Below, in pieces: positions 36,903 to 50,559 of a stretch of DNA of 64,000 nucleotides; positions within the stretch are counted from its first letter, which is position 1, and the number at the start of each line of letters is the position of its first letter. This DNA is from Moniliella sp. 'wahieum' (Eukaryota). The DNA lies in assembly GCA_003971905.1 (NCBI GenBank), contig RSEE01000113.1:62001-126000 (forward strand). The letters run 5' to 3'. Made by a program: the position numbers and the translations under genes. The notes below the pieces were generated by a model, which was given only the letters and a program-made list of their open reading frames with translations, was not told where the DNA came from and did not search any database.

Positions 36903-38738
36903 AGCAACAACTGCCCCCCCCCCCCACAGCAGGGCAAAGGGCTTGGGGCCCGGGTTAGGGCTCACATGTTCACTTTTGACCGCCTGAGCCGCTGGGCCAC
37001 GAGAGCGCGGGGGCGCAATAGGATTGGAACCTGGGAACGGCACGCGCAAATTCCAATTACGTTCCAAGTGAAGTTGAACGTCGCGGACCTCCAATCGGGG
37101 ACTTGCGGTGCTTAGCCAACCGACAAGCCAAGCGCGTAGTGGAATCAATAAACTCATCGGCCAATTCCAGTAGTAAATCTTCCACTTCGCCCTCGAGCGT
37201 TTCGCCCGGTGCCAAGTCGCCCAACAGAGACTGGATCCGTCGTTTGGACACTAACCGACCATGGGTACGTAACGAACTGGTCCCATTCCCGTCCCCCCAT
37301 TCCCGGTCCCACTGCCCCCCGCACCTGCACCCGCACCTGAACCGGACGGTAACCCCAAAGCCAACTCATCATCCGACGCATCCGCATCATCGTGCAAGGG
37401 TACCTTGCCCGCACTCGCCTTGCCTCCCGCCGGGAGGCCCAACAAACTTTCCCAGTCAGCAGCGGGCTTATCCGTGGCCGATGCGGGAGCGGGAGCGGGC
37501 GCACCCGAAGCAGTGGAAGAAGGGAGGATGTTAGGTCGCTGTACGGTGGGGGGGGCAGCGAGCACCGGTCCAGCAGCCAGACCTTGGTTCAACGTCGGTC
37601 TCGCCCCACGCGGGTTGGGGAAGGGTTGAGCAGCTGTGGTCTGGGCGGGAGAAACGTGCAACGTGTAGGAATCGGGGCAGAGGTGAGGAAACTAGCCGAG
37701 TGACCTGATAGGCCTGGCGTAGCCGCACCCGTGGTGGACGCTGCACTTCCCGCTCGCGCAGGAGGGACCGAAGCACGAGGTGCTGGTGTGCCACCCGTAC
37801 CCGTACCCGTCGTACCCGTAGCTGTGCCCGTAGCGGCACCCGTACCGGCTGCCGATGTAGGCGGGGGCGAGGCAGCTGCACTAGCTGGCGTGCCGCTGCG
37901 AGCGGGCTGGGCCAAGGGTGCTGTGGTGGGCGTGGCAGTAGGGCGCGGGGAAGGAGCGACGGCCGGTGCGGGAGAAGAAGAGGAAGGCGCCGAAGCAGGA
38001 GTAGAGGAAGTAGGTGCCGAGACAGCTGCTGCGCCAGGCGCTGGGGCCGGGGAAGAAGAGGTGATAGTGGTGGAAGTCGAACCAGCACGGTTGGTCAGTG
38101 CAAAGTACTGTTGTTTGGCCTGTTGGAAAATCTGGAGGTTGCGATCAAAATCTTTCTTGCACTGAACCCATTGGCGCTGGGTATCGGCCAACTGCGTTTC
38201 GGTCGCAGCTTTTTCTCCCGGGGCAGCCTTGGACGGGGTCTCGTTGAACTCGTTAAGTTTGGCCTGGAGCGTCGAGCACTGCGTTTTCAATTGCGATCCC
38301 ATGCTCTGCAACTTGGTCAGTGTCTCGCCTCGACTTTGAATGCTTCTGGCCAAAGCCTGTTGTTGCGGCGTAGTACTTGGCGCAAAGTACGTGCGGCCGG
38401 GGCAGGCGAAGCCGAGGCCGAAGTCGCCGCAGCAGGCGTCGCGGACGCCGGACGCGTCTCGCCCCCAGGAAGCGTAGGCGTGCTGGCGGATGCAGCAGCA
38501 GTAGCACGGGCACTAGCTTGGGCCGCAGCTGCAGCCTGCTGGTTCTGCGGCCGCTGAAGAACCGTAACAAACGCATGCAGTTTCGACGGCACATCCGTCG
38601 CTGGGATCCGGCCATTCTGCACCTCGGTAATGAACTGGTCGGCGGCGGCCGGGTACTGCCGCCGTAGAAGAGTGAGCGTCTGGTTCACTTGGTCGCTCTG
38701 CCCGGGGAGAAGAGGGCAGTAGGGGTGGGGTTGTTCAT
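36888..38738 (-). CDS. TAF12: TFIID/SAGA subunit Taf12 (histone fold)
   Basis: LVSKRRIQSLLGDLAPGETLEGEVEDLLLELADEFIDSTTRLACRLAKHRKS..LEVRDVQLHLERNWNLRVP, preceded by a Q/A/P-rich N-terminus. Multiple frameshifts; start and stop are approximate. Confidence 0.9.
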
Positions 38739-40109
38739 GCTGTGTAGCCAGCTGGCGGGGCGGAAGGGCTGGGCGGTGGCGGTGGCGGTGGCAGCGGCGG
38801 GAGGGAGGAGGGCAGGGCGTAGCGGAGCACGCGTTGGCTGCGGCTGCGATCATTCCGATGGGCCAGCGAGCAAACGTGGCTGATTTGTTTATTCTTTTCT
38901 TTTTCAATTTCTTTCTTGCGCCAGGTGTCATGCATGATGAATGACATGCCACCGGAACCGCCCTCTACCAGGCCTCACCTGCTTTCGCAATGTGGATTGC
39001 TGTAGCATGGCCACCACCAGCTGCTGCTGCTGCTGCATCCCCACCACCCCCTCGCCCCTCTCCATCCCACGTGCATCCCATGCACCGCCATCCCGTCCAC
39101 ACTCCCCGCGTTTCACCCGCACAGACAAAGTCCTGTGCCCCGGTAAAGCCCAGCAGCTGGGCCGACAAAGACAAATACCAACTGTGGCGCCACACCCGCC
39201 TACTCCTTGTCCGTATCCGTAGTAGAGCCCCCCCCCCCACCGCCACGACCACGCTGCCTTGGCCGGGAATAAGGCCGAGAGAAGGAAACAAAGTGTACCC
39301 TGCTCCTTTCTCTCTGCGCTTGGCTAAAAGAACCATTTCCATGCATCTCCACCAAACCAGCACCAGTGAATATTGACCCGGCAGCAGTTACCTTGCCACA
39401 GTAGTATAGGGCTCGTAGTACCTCATAGGACTTTGAAGCGCTCTGAGTGGTGACGGTGACCGGTCATGGGTGGTCATGATTCAAGCGGGCACCCGTATCT
39501 GACCACGCCCCGTTCACACAGGGCTTTAGGGATACGGCTTGCTGCCCCTGCCCCCTGCACCTCTCCAAAGGCTCGCGTCGCCGCTGGGTACTTTCCTTGG
39601 ACGATCGATGAGACCTGCAGTCCGCAAGGTGCTGGTGCGAGACGCAATGGAAATGGCATTCCACTAATGGGGGTGGTTTTGGCCGAAGGTCTAAGGTCTA
39701 TACGCTAACCAACATCCTCCCAGGCCCTGTAGATCGGTGCATTATGGTGCTGTAGCTACCCCCTAACGCCTAACTTGTCTAGCTAGCGTCACGCATCACG
39801 CGAGCATCACCCTTCAAGCTTCAATATCAACCCTTGCCTGGCGCTTACCTCATCATTGGGCCTGCGGCCTGCCTGCCCATTGAAATTTGGCATTTGACGT
39901 TTCACGTCAAGCTCTCAAGCTTGACTTGAAGCTTAAAGCTTGAAGGAGATCAGCGATCAGATCGATCAGCGGTTCGAGCAGTCCCAGACTTAGGCGTAGG
40001 CGTAGGCTGAGGGAGGGACAGCGCAAGGCTAGCTCTGGTCCACCATCTGCCATCCGGCCTGATCCGGTCCATCTGATCTGCCTCTACCTTTGACCAGACA
40101 CCCAGTCCC

Positions 40110-41115
40110 ATGTTGGGTACGTGACTGTTCCTACGGGAAGGGGGGCTGTGCACTGCGCGCGCGCTCAAGGGGGGGGGGAGGCAATGCCCGCCCGACCGGA
40201 CTGACCTTGCTCTCCTGTGCAGTCGTCGGGTTGACAGGCGGGATTGCGTCGGGGAAATCGACCGTGTCGCGTGTGTTAGCGGAGGAGCATGGGGTTCCCG
40301 TGGTGGACCTGGACCAAGTAGCACGACAAGTGGTGCAGCCTGGCGAACGAACACTGGACAAGCTCGTAGCGCATTTCGGAGCCCACATTCTCCTTCCCGA
40401 TGGGACGTTGGACCGTGCCGCGTTGGCCCAGACGGCATTTAGTTCCGACGAAGGTCGTCGTGCGCTGAACCGCATCACGCATGGTGCGATTCGTCGCCGT
40501 GCACTGTGGCGCTTACTACAGCTATGGTGGACCGGTGCCCAAGTCGTCGTGGTGGACACACCGCTGCTGATTGAGTCGGGGCTGTGGCGTCTGTGCGGAG
40601 GCAGTGTGTTGGTGTAGTCGCCTACGCGGCGCAGCGGGCGCGGTTGTTAGCGCGGGACGCCAAGCAGGGCAAGACAGGCCCAGCAGCCGAGAAGGATGCA
40701 GATAACCGCTTGGCAAGCCAGGCGCCCATGGAGAGCAACGAGTGTATGCGGATGTGGTGCTGGACAACTCGGTGGACGCACCAGAGTTTACCGGGGGCGC
40801 CGGCGGCGTTACGGGCGCAGGTGTGATGCGTTGGTGGCAGGTGGCGTAGGTCGTATGGCAGCGGCTTGGGCTGGCTGCGCTGGGCGCTGGCATGGGTCGT
40901 GCCGCCCGGGGGCTGGCACTGGCCGGTGGCGGCGGTGGTGCGGCGAGTGTGTCGGTTGTGGAGCAGCAGCGAGCCCAGGGCCAACACGGCTGCTCGGCGC
41001 GAATAGCCATGGCCGGCTGCTGGCTGCTGGCTGGCAGGCCGACAGAATGCAACGCGAAGAGATGCTATGGGCGCCTGGGTTGAAGGAGGACTGTGGGGGG
41101 GGGGGGTCTACGTAG
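40110..41115 (+). CDS. CAB5: Dephospho-CoA kinase (CoaE family)
   Basis: MLV|VGLTGGIASGKSTVS with intron 40117-40222; DGTLDRAAL, LNRITHGAIR, VVDTPLLIESG, NRLASQ and ADVVLDNS. Frameshifts at ~40615 and ~40735; 3' end uncertain. Confidence 0.92.
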
Positions 41116-42404
41116 AGCGTGGGAGGAGGTGAGGGCGTAAGGGCTTATGGGAGCAGGTACGATGCAATGAGAGCATTCCAGGTGAGCGGTGAGCGCAAGG
41201 GGGCTAGCTGGAAGAGGAAGGGCAATGGCAAGGGCAGTGAAGGTAGTGACTAGGGGGTGTGTCCGACCGACACGCAAGAGCGAGTGGGTGCTGAGCTGAG
41301 GCTGAGCTGCGCTTGGCGGGGCATGGCATCCTGAGATGGCCGACTGCGACTGGCTGGTGAGGATCGAACGCAGGCGCGGCTAGTACTGACGCGTATACGG
41401 ACGGGTTGGAATGTGCTGGGGGAGGCTGACTAGGACGGTGGGTGAGTAGGTGCTGGTGCCCAGGCTGGCATGCTGGGCGGCGGGGGGGCTGTGTGAGCTG
41501 GGGTTGGCCGTTGGCTCAGCATCTGCGGTTCACGTGCTGGTTGAAATTGCATGTTCAGTACTCGAAGTACTCAGTCATTAGTCCTTGGAGGGTGGATGAC
41601 GTGCATGACGCGTGACGCTGGCCAGCCAACGTCCAAGCGAAGCCAGAGGGCCAGCCACGCTTCCGCTTCGGGCTGCAGCAGCGCGTGCTCCAGCGCTCCG
41701 GGCCCCAGTCAGGAAGGGCGTGCTGCCCAGCCGAAGCGGGGCGCAGGGGCAGTGTGTGTGCCGCGCCCGCACACGGGCACTGGCGGCGAGGGCGGGACGC
41801 ACGTGCAGTGCTGGCGGCCCGCTGCTGGGCGGCTGGACGGCGGGTGTGCACGCGACCAGCGCCCCTGGCGGCGGGGCGCCTGGGACGCTGCGACGCCGAT
41901 CGACGATCGCCCGCCGCACGCCCCGCACACCAGCACACGCCGCACCCAGCACACGCCAGCACCCAGCGCGGCTCTGCTCTTGCTCTTGCCGATCCTGGCT
42001 GGGCGGGCGGGCAGTGTGGGATGCGCCGCGGGCTGGCGCCGTGGCGCGCTGCGGGGCACGGCGCCCGTGTCTGCCGCCAGATGCTCCGGTGCACGCTGCG
42101 CTGAGCCAGGCCAGGGCCTAGTCACGCTCGTCACGCGTCCCGCGTCCCGCCGCAGCTGCGCTGGCCTGCCCAACACGGCAGCTGCCCAGTGCTGTCCCAG
42201 CACTCGGCGCGTTGGGCGTGTCGGTCGCCTGCTTATAATCCTCCCCCCGCGCCTGTCTCTTCTGCACTCCACCACCCACTCCTTCCGTTCCCTCCCTCCA
42301 TCTCCCTCCTCCTCCTCCTCCTCCTCCTCCCCACCCCCACCCCCACGTTCTTTATCCCCCACCACACTCTTTGCCTCCCCCCCCACCACACTCTTTTCTC
42401 CGCC

Positions 42405-44995
42405 ATGTCCTCCCCCTCCCAGCCGCCGCCCATCCGCCTCCCCTCCTCCGCCTCCGCCCCTGCCCCGCCCCTCAGCCACACCCCGCGCCGCCCCACCGCG
42501 CCCTCGGAGCGCGACCGCCGTCTGTCCCCCAACACCTCCCTTGCCTCCCTGGCCAGTGTCACCAGCGCCTCCCACCTGCCTCCGCTGGCTGGCATTGGCC
42601 TCACCCCATGGGCGCGTCGGTCCGATTCCAGTCGTGTGCTCAGCACGCCGGGCATCATGACCATGGGCGGCCTCATTCCCTCTCCTTCCTTTACGCCCGA
42701 CATGCAAATTTCCGCCTCGGCACCCACCATGGCCTTTGGACCGTCGCCGCTACGTTCGCCCAGTGTGCGTGCGCACTCGCGTGGCCCGCACTCGTCTCCT
42801 ACTGCCTCCCCCTCCTCCTCCACCCTCATCCTGACACCGAGCACTCTTCCCACTCGGCTTCGCAGTCCCACTCGCAATCGCACTCACAGTCGCAGTCGGC
42901 TTCGCAGTCGCACCCGCGTGCCCCACCTTCGCGTTCCTCGTGCTCGTCGCGCTCGTCGCAGGGCGCCACGGGAGCGCTTCCTTCGCCGCGCGAAATGGCG
43001 AGCAAGATGCCCGACTCTCCGCATGCGGACCACCAACGTCTACCTGGGCTCGGACAACTACTGCACCCGCACCCGAGCACACGGTCGTACCCTACCCTAT
43101 CGCCGTACGCGCCGCGCGCACCGCTCACGTTCCCCCTCCGACGCAAGAGTAACCCCGACGATAGCGTGGGTACCGATGCCGATGCTGACGCCGATGCTGA
43201 TCCCGATGCCGATGCGGAAGGCGAGATGGACACTTCGGTGAGCCAAGAGCGGGTGACCAAGCGCGTGCACGCCCACGCCCCCGTCCACGCCCATGCCCCC
43301 GTCGAGAATGGGACCGAGAACGGGACCGAGAATGGGACTGAGAATGGGGCGGAAGGTAGCGATCGGTCGACGGATACGCAGATGGAAGCTGATGCCGACC
43401 TGGTCGGGTTGGGGTGGTACTGGATGCGCATGAAAAGCGGCACTTTGGCTTGGCACGTGGGGTACCGCGTGCCTCGTCGCCGTTACGTGCGCGACGGACG
43501 TTACCCTCGGCGCCTAAGCTGGGCAGCTCGGACCAAGGCCGGTTCGCTAACGTCCTCGATCTTTACCCGGACGAGGAACGCATGTTCCCACCGGCTCGTA
43601 CGCTCAGCTCCACAGCCCAAACCCAAACCCAAGCCCAAACTCAAGCTCAAACTCACGCCGCAACAGCGGCCCCGACACCAACGCCCACAGCCACACCTGC
43701 TGCGGCCGGGGTACCTACCGCGCTTCCTGCACCTTGCTACCCGAGCACCTTGTGGCCCGCTCCGTCGCCCAAGCGCGGGAGCGAGAGCACGAGCACAAGC
43801 ACGGGGGGGTACCCGCGCATGGCCGGCCTGTCAGGACTAGGTCTGACATTTGACGACGCGCCCGACCTGACCGGGTACTGGCGTGGCGAGGGGGGCAACG
43901 GGGCCGAGTGGACCCGCTCCTGGCCCGCTGCACACGACTTGCCCTCCCACTTGTTCCCGTCGGACGTGGTGGGTAGCGAGGCTGGTGCTGGGTCTGGATC
44001 TGGGCCTGGATCTGGATCTGGGTCTGGGTCTGGGTCTGGGCATGGCTCGGCATCGGCGTCAGGTGGTATGGCTGCGATGCACCTAATGGACCGGATGCAC
44101 CTCCATCCATCGCCCATGACAATGGGTACGTTACCGCTTCCGTCTCCTTCGACGACGATGGTGGTGATCGACTCGCCGGCTGTGGGATGGTCGTCGCTTC
44201 CGGACCCGAGCGGTGGGCCGAACAAAGCACAGGCACAGGCACAAGCACGGGATGGGCATGGGGCCAGGCGCGGCTGGGTCGCTAGGTGGGCAACCCGGCT
44301 CGATCGGTGCAGCGTTAGCAGCTGTCAAGCATATGGTGCTTACGCCTACGCCTACTTCGAACCTGGTACCTCTACCTAGTCCGAACCTACCTCTACCCCC
44401 ACCGAGCATGAACATGAACATGAACTCGAGCACGAGTCCGAACCCGCTCACGTCCAAGCCGACGGGATCTTTACGTGCGCAGTGCCAAGCGCGTTCAGCC
44501 GCGTTGGTACGTAGTACGGCGTGTGCATTCGAAGCGCACGCGCTGGCTGTGCGGACCAACCGTGCCGGTGCAAGTGCGGGGGGGAAACACGGTACCAAGT
44601 CGACGTCCAACCCCACCAGCAGCACGACGGGAAAACGGCGCGTTTCGTCGCTGTCAACTTCGTTCGAGGGCAGCAGCACAGACGAAGTCCAGTCCCCCTG
44701 GGGCGTGTTTAACCTCAACCCGAAAAAGGCCGGGTGGAAACCGCTTTTCCCACCGGGCATTCGGCCTCCGACGTTGGCTAGTGTACCTGGTTTGGCGGAT
44801 ACCGATGCGGCAGGCGCGAGGGCTAGTTCGTTCACTCCTGCCTCTGCTCCCGATTCCGCGCTACCTTCTGCTTCGCCTGCCAAACGGATCCGTCTCGACC
44901 GCCCGAAAAAGACAAAGAAGGTCGTTTCGAGTACCAAGCTGCCCAAGGCCCAGGCTAAACCTACCTTGTCCCTCAAGCCGACGAATCGGGTGTGA
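42405..44995 (+). CDS. Large Ser/Pro/Gly-rich low-complexity protein of unknown function
   Basis: CGCCATG after a pyrimidine-rich leader. Overlapping long + ORFs (42189-43241, 42371-43840, 43414-44379, 44213-44995) chain by frameshifts, with DA, ENGT, QTQA and GS repeats. No domain recognised. Confidence 0.55.
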
Positions 44996-45215
44996 CATGT
45001 GACATGGGCCAGGTCCATGGCAAGAAAAGTCAACTGAAGCTTGAAGCTTGAAGCTTGAAGGCGGGTTGAACAACGTTGGACGTTGGACGTTGGACGTTGG
45101 ACGTTGGACGTTGGACGTTGCGTTGAGGATGTTAGGTTCTGGTACGGTGAGGCCTCTCGGCCTGAGGAGAGGGCTGTTGAGTTGAACGTTAACGCGGTTG
45201 ACGTCAACCGTGTTA
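44990..45215. repeat. Consecutive heptamer arrays (TGACATG)2, (TGAAGCT)3 and (TGGACGT)6
   Basis: Seen directly immediately after the stop codon at 44995. Confidence 0.9.
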
Positions 45216-45932
45216 CGGTCACCCTTTGTGCAGTGCCTGTTGTTGTGTCGTTTGTCGTTCGTTTCCGGACTGGGTCTGAAGTCTCCAGTCCTGGCATTGG
45301 CATGGTTGTCGTCGGGTAGGATCCAAGTATATACGTTGTGAGGTTGTGGCGTTCTAGCGTTCTAGCGTTCTGAGGGTCGGGGGTTCTGGCCCCTGTGGCA
45401 GCTGTAGGAGACGGGCGCAGCCGACCAACCACAACCAACCAAACAGACAGACAAACAGACAACCAAATAAGGATCCACATGCGTCGTTCTGAGGTCTGAT
45501 CTGGTCGGAGCAGGAAGGGGGAGGGAGGGAGGGGGGTATACTTTTACTATTCCCGTATTGAGGCGTAGATGCTGCGTAAGGACAAAACATAGCTGCGTAG
45601 ATGCGTAGATGCAGGTCGAAGTGCCACGGTAGAGTGGTAGAGTAGAGTGTGAATATTGGATCGACCATCGGGCCCAAGCGGAGATGGTACACGTTGAAGG
45701 ATAGCGTGTATGGATGAGATGAGATGGGATGGGATGAGGGGGTGCTGGAGCAACAACTTGAAGGCATGATGCTTGCCTAGTGACTGGATCGTGTCTGGCA
45801 GAGAGACTGTATTACCTGCATGGGCACCGCTGCGGTCGTCAGTCAAGGAGGGAGGGGAATGATTAACGAGGGAGAGAGATGGCAGCGAATTCCAAGCGGT
45901 TGTGTTGGTGCACGTTCGGTCTCATGACTACT

Positions 45933-46020
45933 CGTCGTGCTCATCCTCGTTCCCGTTCTCGTGCTCATCCTCGTTCTCGTGCTGATCCTCGTTCTCGTGC
46001 TCATCCTAGTTCTCGTTCCC
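45933..46020 (+). repeat. Degenerate ~18-bp tandem repeat (CTCGTGCTCATCCTCGTT)
   Basis: About four units visible. Confidence 0.8.
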
Positions 46021-48182
46021 GCACCCGTCCCGTTTTCCCGTTCCCATTCTCATATCCCACCGGCCACGGGGCAAGGCAAAGGATGACGTATACCGCCAAG
46101 CCGCAGGGAGGGCGGGGGGGAGGGGGCAGTACGGGCTGCCCGCTCTGCCATAGTATAATGTGCAAGTCACTCGCAGTGAATTTTCGCTGTAGTCACTTGG
46201 CCTGAAAGTCCTACTAAGTAGCCTAGTCATGTTGGGTCGTCGCGATGAGCTTCATCCGCACGCCTCTTCACTACATCAGCCATACCTCTATCATCTGATA
46301 GACCTCAGCCTCATCGATCATCAGATGAGGTTCATTCGCGCGACAGACAACGAACGTACTGCGAGCATATGGGAGGCCCGGCGGGAGCGGTGGTAGATCG
46401 GTTGTGGGGCCATACCGAGTAGCGGATCGGTTACACGAGGAACATATGTGTGTGCACCCTCTAATAGCTGCGTGCGGAAGCGGGGACCGATCATCGATCA
46501 TCGAGTATACCAGCTCGATAAGATCTGGATAATTCGCTACTTAGTACTTATCATGCCAGATGTTTGGCACTCCCCGCCCAGCAGGCGGGCGGGGGGCGGG
46601 GTTTGATCTGGTTTTCAATTGGTGGAGCGAACCGAGCATGGGGGTCGGGACCCCGACGAAGGCGGCCCGCTGTGGCAGTCGGATAAATGTATAGGGTACG
46701 TAAGTGGGGAGCGGGGAGCGAGGAGCGCAGTGGAGGGGGTAGTCCAGAGAAGGATCTGCCCATCGTTGTGCCCGTTCGGAGTATGCCGGTGGAGCGATGG
46801 GCGGAATGGAGAAGGGAGATGGCAGCGGGCGCTGCGGAAAAAGTGGGTGCGAGTCGAGTACGTACTGTTGGGTATTACTGAGTATAGAGAACTGCCGAGG
46901 GAGAGCGACGCCAATGATCGAATGATTGAGGCCGATGATCGATGAGGACGAGGCCGATCGATAAGGCCTATGGCCTTAACACCCTACTCCTAGGCCACAC
47001 AGGTCACATGTCATGCATGTCATCATCCATCGCGCTGTAACCATATACCTTGGCATGGCGTGGCGTAGTGCGTAACGCCACGGCCTGTCAATGTCACAGG
47101 CGAAGCCCCTTCTAGATCAACCGCCAGTAGCCGCCCAAGGAGTCATAGTCCAGTGGGGTTCTAGGTACCATGGGGCGTGACCGGGTGACCGGGTGACCGG
47201 TGACCGTTACCGCTTACCGTTGTCGTTGCTGTTGCCGTTGCCGTTGCCGGGGACGCGGGGACCGGATGGAAAACTCAAGAGGGGAGTATTGAATATTGAG
47301 TCTCAATGGCGCGAACGTCGAACATGGAATTGGGGCCAATTACCTACCGTTACATGTTACACGATACCTATCAACCACTGGGGCGCGACGGGGCACGACG
47401 GGGCACGACACAGAGTGACGTCAGTGGCGTCGCGCTTGCGTTGGCGGGGTGGACGTTGGGCGCAAGGGGTCGGGAGGGGCCGGGGAGACCCGGAGGCGGC
47501 GCGGCGCGGCGATAGAGACGGCGACCGAGACGGAGACGGAGACGGAGACGGAGACGTGCTGCGTAGTGCTGCGTAGTGGGTGCGCTGGGCCGCGCCAGGG
47601 CAAGGGCGGCCGAGTGCGAGCAGCTGCGGAGTGGTCGGCGACAGGGGCCGGGTGCGCCCACGTCGCAGGCGTCAGGCCTCAGGCCTCGGGGTGCCTGCCA
47701 AAGTGGGTCTCCGCAGGCCTTGTGCCTGGCAGCCTCAGGCGGCACGCCAGGACAGGCAGGTGGCCGAGGCAGGGCGGGCACGTGTGCGGTGTGGACGCGT
47801 CGCAGTGGGCCCAGATGCGGAGACGCGCCCTGGAGCGGGGAGGACCGAGTAAGGAGGAGGCTATTCGGCCTTAGGCCTTGGGCCTTGGGGCTTTGGCTGG
47901 GCCAGGCCATACGCTGGTCCACTGCCTGGCACACCTCCGACGCCCTCTGCCCTCCGACGCCCTCCGACGCCCTCCCCCCCCCCCAACGCCCCTCTGCCCC
48001 CGCCCCTCGGCACGGCGTTTGGGTGCCCGGCAACAACATATAAGACGTCCCCGTGGCGTGCACAGACCACACTCCCAAGTCCTCCCTCTCCCACACATCC
48101 CTCGTGCGCGCCATTGCCACTTTCCCCATTCCCCTTCCACCACCCCCACCCAACCACCAACCCACCAACCCACCATCCGAAC

Positions 48183-49371
48183 ATGTCCAAACCCGCACCC
48201 GAGTTTGACCACGACGCCCTGTGGCGTCGTTTGAGGAGCACGACGTGGGCAGTGAGCCCAGCATGCTCAGATCCGCCGCCAAGCCGAGTATGACCAAGAG
48301 TGCCGTGCCGGCGGTCCAGGGGGGCGTGATTACGATGCAGCCGGTGCGGGCGGCCGAGCTGCAACCCAGCTACGCAGCCAAGTTTGATGTGCAAAACGAG
48401 CAGATGGGCGCGTATGGCACGTTGGTCAATTGCCTTGGCCAGTGCTGCGCCGTGTTCCCCGGCGCAATCTGCGGGTGGGCTACCGCTCGGTCCCGCAGGG
48501 TGCGGTGGGCATGGTGACGCGCTTTGGTCGTGTGGTCCGCTCGCTCGATCCGGGTCTGGCTCAGATCAACCCGTGCTCAGAACATGTGGACATTGTGAAT
48601 GTGCAAATGCGTTTGACGCCATTGCCTGAGCAACAAGTGTTGACCAAGGACAATGTGCGCGTGACGATTGAGAGTGTGGTGTACTGGCAAATCAGTAACC
48701 CGTATCGTGCCACATATGGAATTACCAATGTGGAAAAAGCGTTGGTTGAGCGGGCGCAGACGACGTTGCGCCAAGTCGTTGGCGCACGCACACTCCAAAC
48801 CGTCATTACCGAACGCGAATCCATCGCGGCGGAGATTGAAGAGATTCTAGAACCCATCTCGGAAGTGTGGGGCGTTCACACGGAAAGCGTGTTGCTCAAG
48901 GATATCATTCTCAGTCGCGAAACCCAGGACTTGCTCTCGTCCGCTGCCACCCAACGCCGCGTAGGAGAGAGTAAAGTGATTGCGGCGCGGGCCGAGGTGC
49001 AGGCAGCACGACTGATGCGCGAGGCGTCCGACGTGTTGGCCAGCCCCGCGGCATTGCAGTTGCGGCAACTTGAGGCCCTGCAGAACATGGCCAAGTCGGC
49101 CGGGTCCAAGGTGATTTTTGTCCCCATGTCTCTCACCCCAACGGGAGGCGCTGCGATCCAGGATGAGACGCAGGCTCAGATTGATGCCTCGGCCGGTCCT
49201 TCGCGCTTGGTCGCGGCTACCCGACAGGACGGTGCTAATTACTCGATGGGCGATGTGGCGGCGCTGCAGAAACTGACCGAGGAAAAAACGACGTGTTTCG
49301 TTTTTCGGTTTCGGCCTTGTGTTTTGATGTTTCGTTTTTTGGGTTCTGCCAACGCACTCGCGCATGCATAA
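48183..49371 (+). CDS. Stomatin-like SPFH/band-7 membrane protein
   Basis: YRSVPQGAVGMVTRFGR..LDPGL, QQVLTKDNV, ERAQTTLRQVVGAR, ASDVLASPAALQLRQLEALQNMAK and KVIFVP. Frameshifts at ~48220 and ~48475; the true stop may lie near 49285. Confidence 0.93.
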
Positions 49372-49999
49372 TGCGCCTATACCGCGTATGAGCAACCAAG
49401 TATCTCCCTCCCCACCCTGATGGGCCTTTTCTTCGATAACCATATGCTGTGGAAACCCTGATCCCAGTTGCGATGCAATAACGACCAGAACAATACATGA
49501 TTGATGGACGTGACTGTGCGCTCCTAGGAACGGTTATAGAGAATGGCTGTGAGCATGGTCTGTGGTACCCAGTGGTACTAAGGCCACAAACGATTCACCT
49601 TACTCACCGACTCTTGAAACAATAAGGGTGGGCTCAGGTGGGGGAACGGACGGCTGCTGAATATTAAGCCGCGGTCGCGGCAGGGGGTCCATCGCTCGCC
49701 TACCCTCTCTCCATTCCAACAAGCGCGACAGGAAGAACCACTAGCACTCTCTATGTAGGCCAACGCAGGACGAAGAGGGACCAAGTCACACGCAGGCGTG
49801 CAAATCAGGAACAGTAAACGAGGTAGGAGTCAGGATGGATAGCTTTGATGGAGTAGGGAAGATATTTGAATGGAAATGGAGAGTGCAGAGTAGAGAGTGC
49901 AGAGGGGGAGTGGAGAGTGGTACTTAGAGGGGTACAGTAAAGTGTGTCGATGAGATTGGAGATGAGACAACTCTTCGGAGATGAATAATCGATCATCGA

Positions 50000-50440
50000 T
50001 TACATCTTGCCGCGCATCGCAACGTAAAAGATCTTGGCTTCATCGGGCGAGTTGAACCAGAGCGGTGCCCCATTCTCAATCACCAGCACGTCACCTGGCT
50101 TGGCGGTAAACTCTTCTCCCGTCTCGAGGTTCTTCACCTCCAGCGTGCCCGACAGAACAATCTCTACACGACGACAACACGAGGCACGAGGTGGTTAGTA
50201 CCCGCTTTTCTTCGCATATGAGGCTGAAGAGAGGAGAGGAGATGAGAGGACTAGGGAAGAGGACGCACTCTGTTCCTTGTAGGTATAGGTATAGGTCAAC
50301 CCTTTAGGGTCTTTCTTCTGGATGTAAAACCCCGAGGTCAAGTCGTTAAGGTTGGACGAGGCAATGTCGCCCAGAAAGGCGCCGGTGCCAAAGTCGCCGT
50401 ACTTGGGCTCGGGTTGCGGGTTGACCTTGAGGAGAGACAT
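50000..50440 (-). CDS. Small EutQ-like cupin protein
   Basis: Exons 50440-50269 and 50163-50000 (intron GTGCGT..ACTAAC..TAG) give ..LTYTYTYKEQKIVLSGTLEVKNLETGEEFTAKPGDVLVIENGAPLWFNSPDEAKIFYVAMRGKM*. Confidence 0.85.
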
Positions 50441-50551
50441 AACGAAAAGGGGACAGGAAAACGGGGAATAAAAGGAAGCTTGAAGCCTGTGGTGGTAGGT
50501 GGTGGGTGGGATGAGGAGACCAAAAGGTGCTGCCGGATCGGAGAGGTGGGG

Positions 50552-50559
50552 TATTTATA
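50552..50559 (-). promoter_or_regulatory. TATA box of the cupin gene
   Basis: TATAAATA on the minus strand, ~110 bp upstream of ATG 50440. Confidence 0.6.

Noticed and set aside
44990..45215. CRISPR-like or restriction-site arrays
   Set aside because: Eukaryotic context, 7-bp units with no unique spacers, and no cas or methylase genes.
4555..49371. Programmed ribosomal frameshifting or a pseudogene cluster
   Set aside because: Breaks are scattered over unrelated genes, including essential ones, mostly in short homopolymers and without a shared slippery site; assembly error is simpler.
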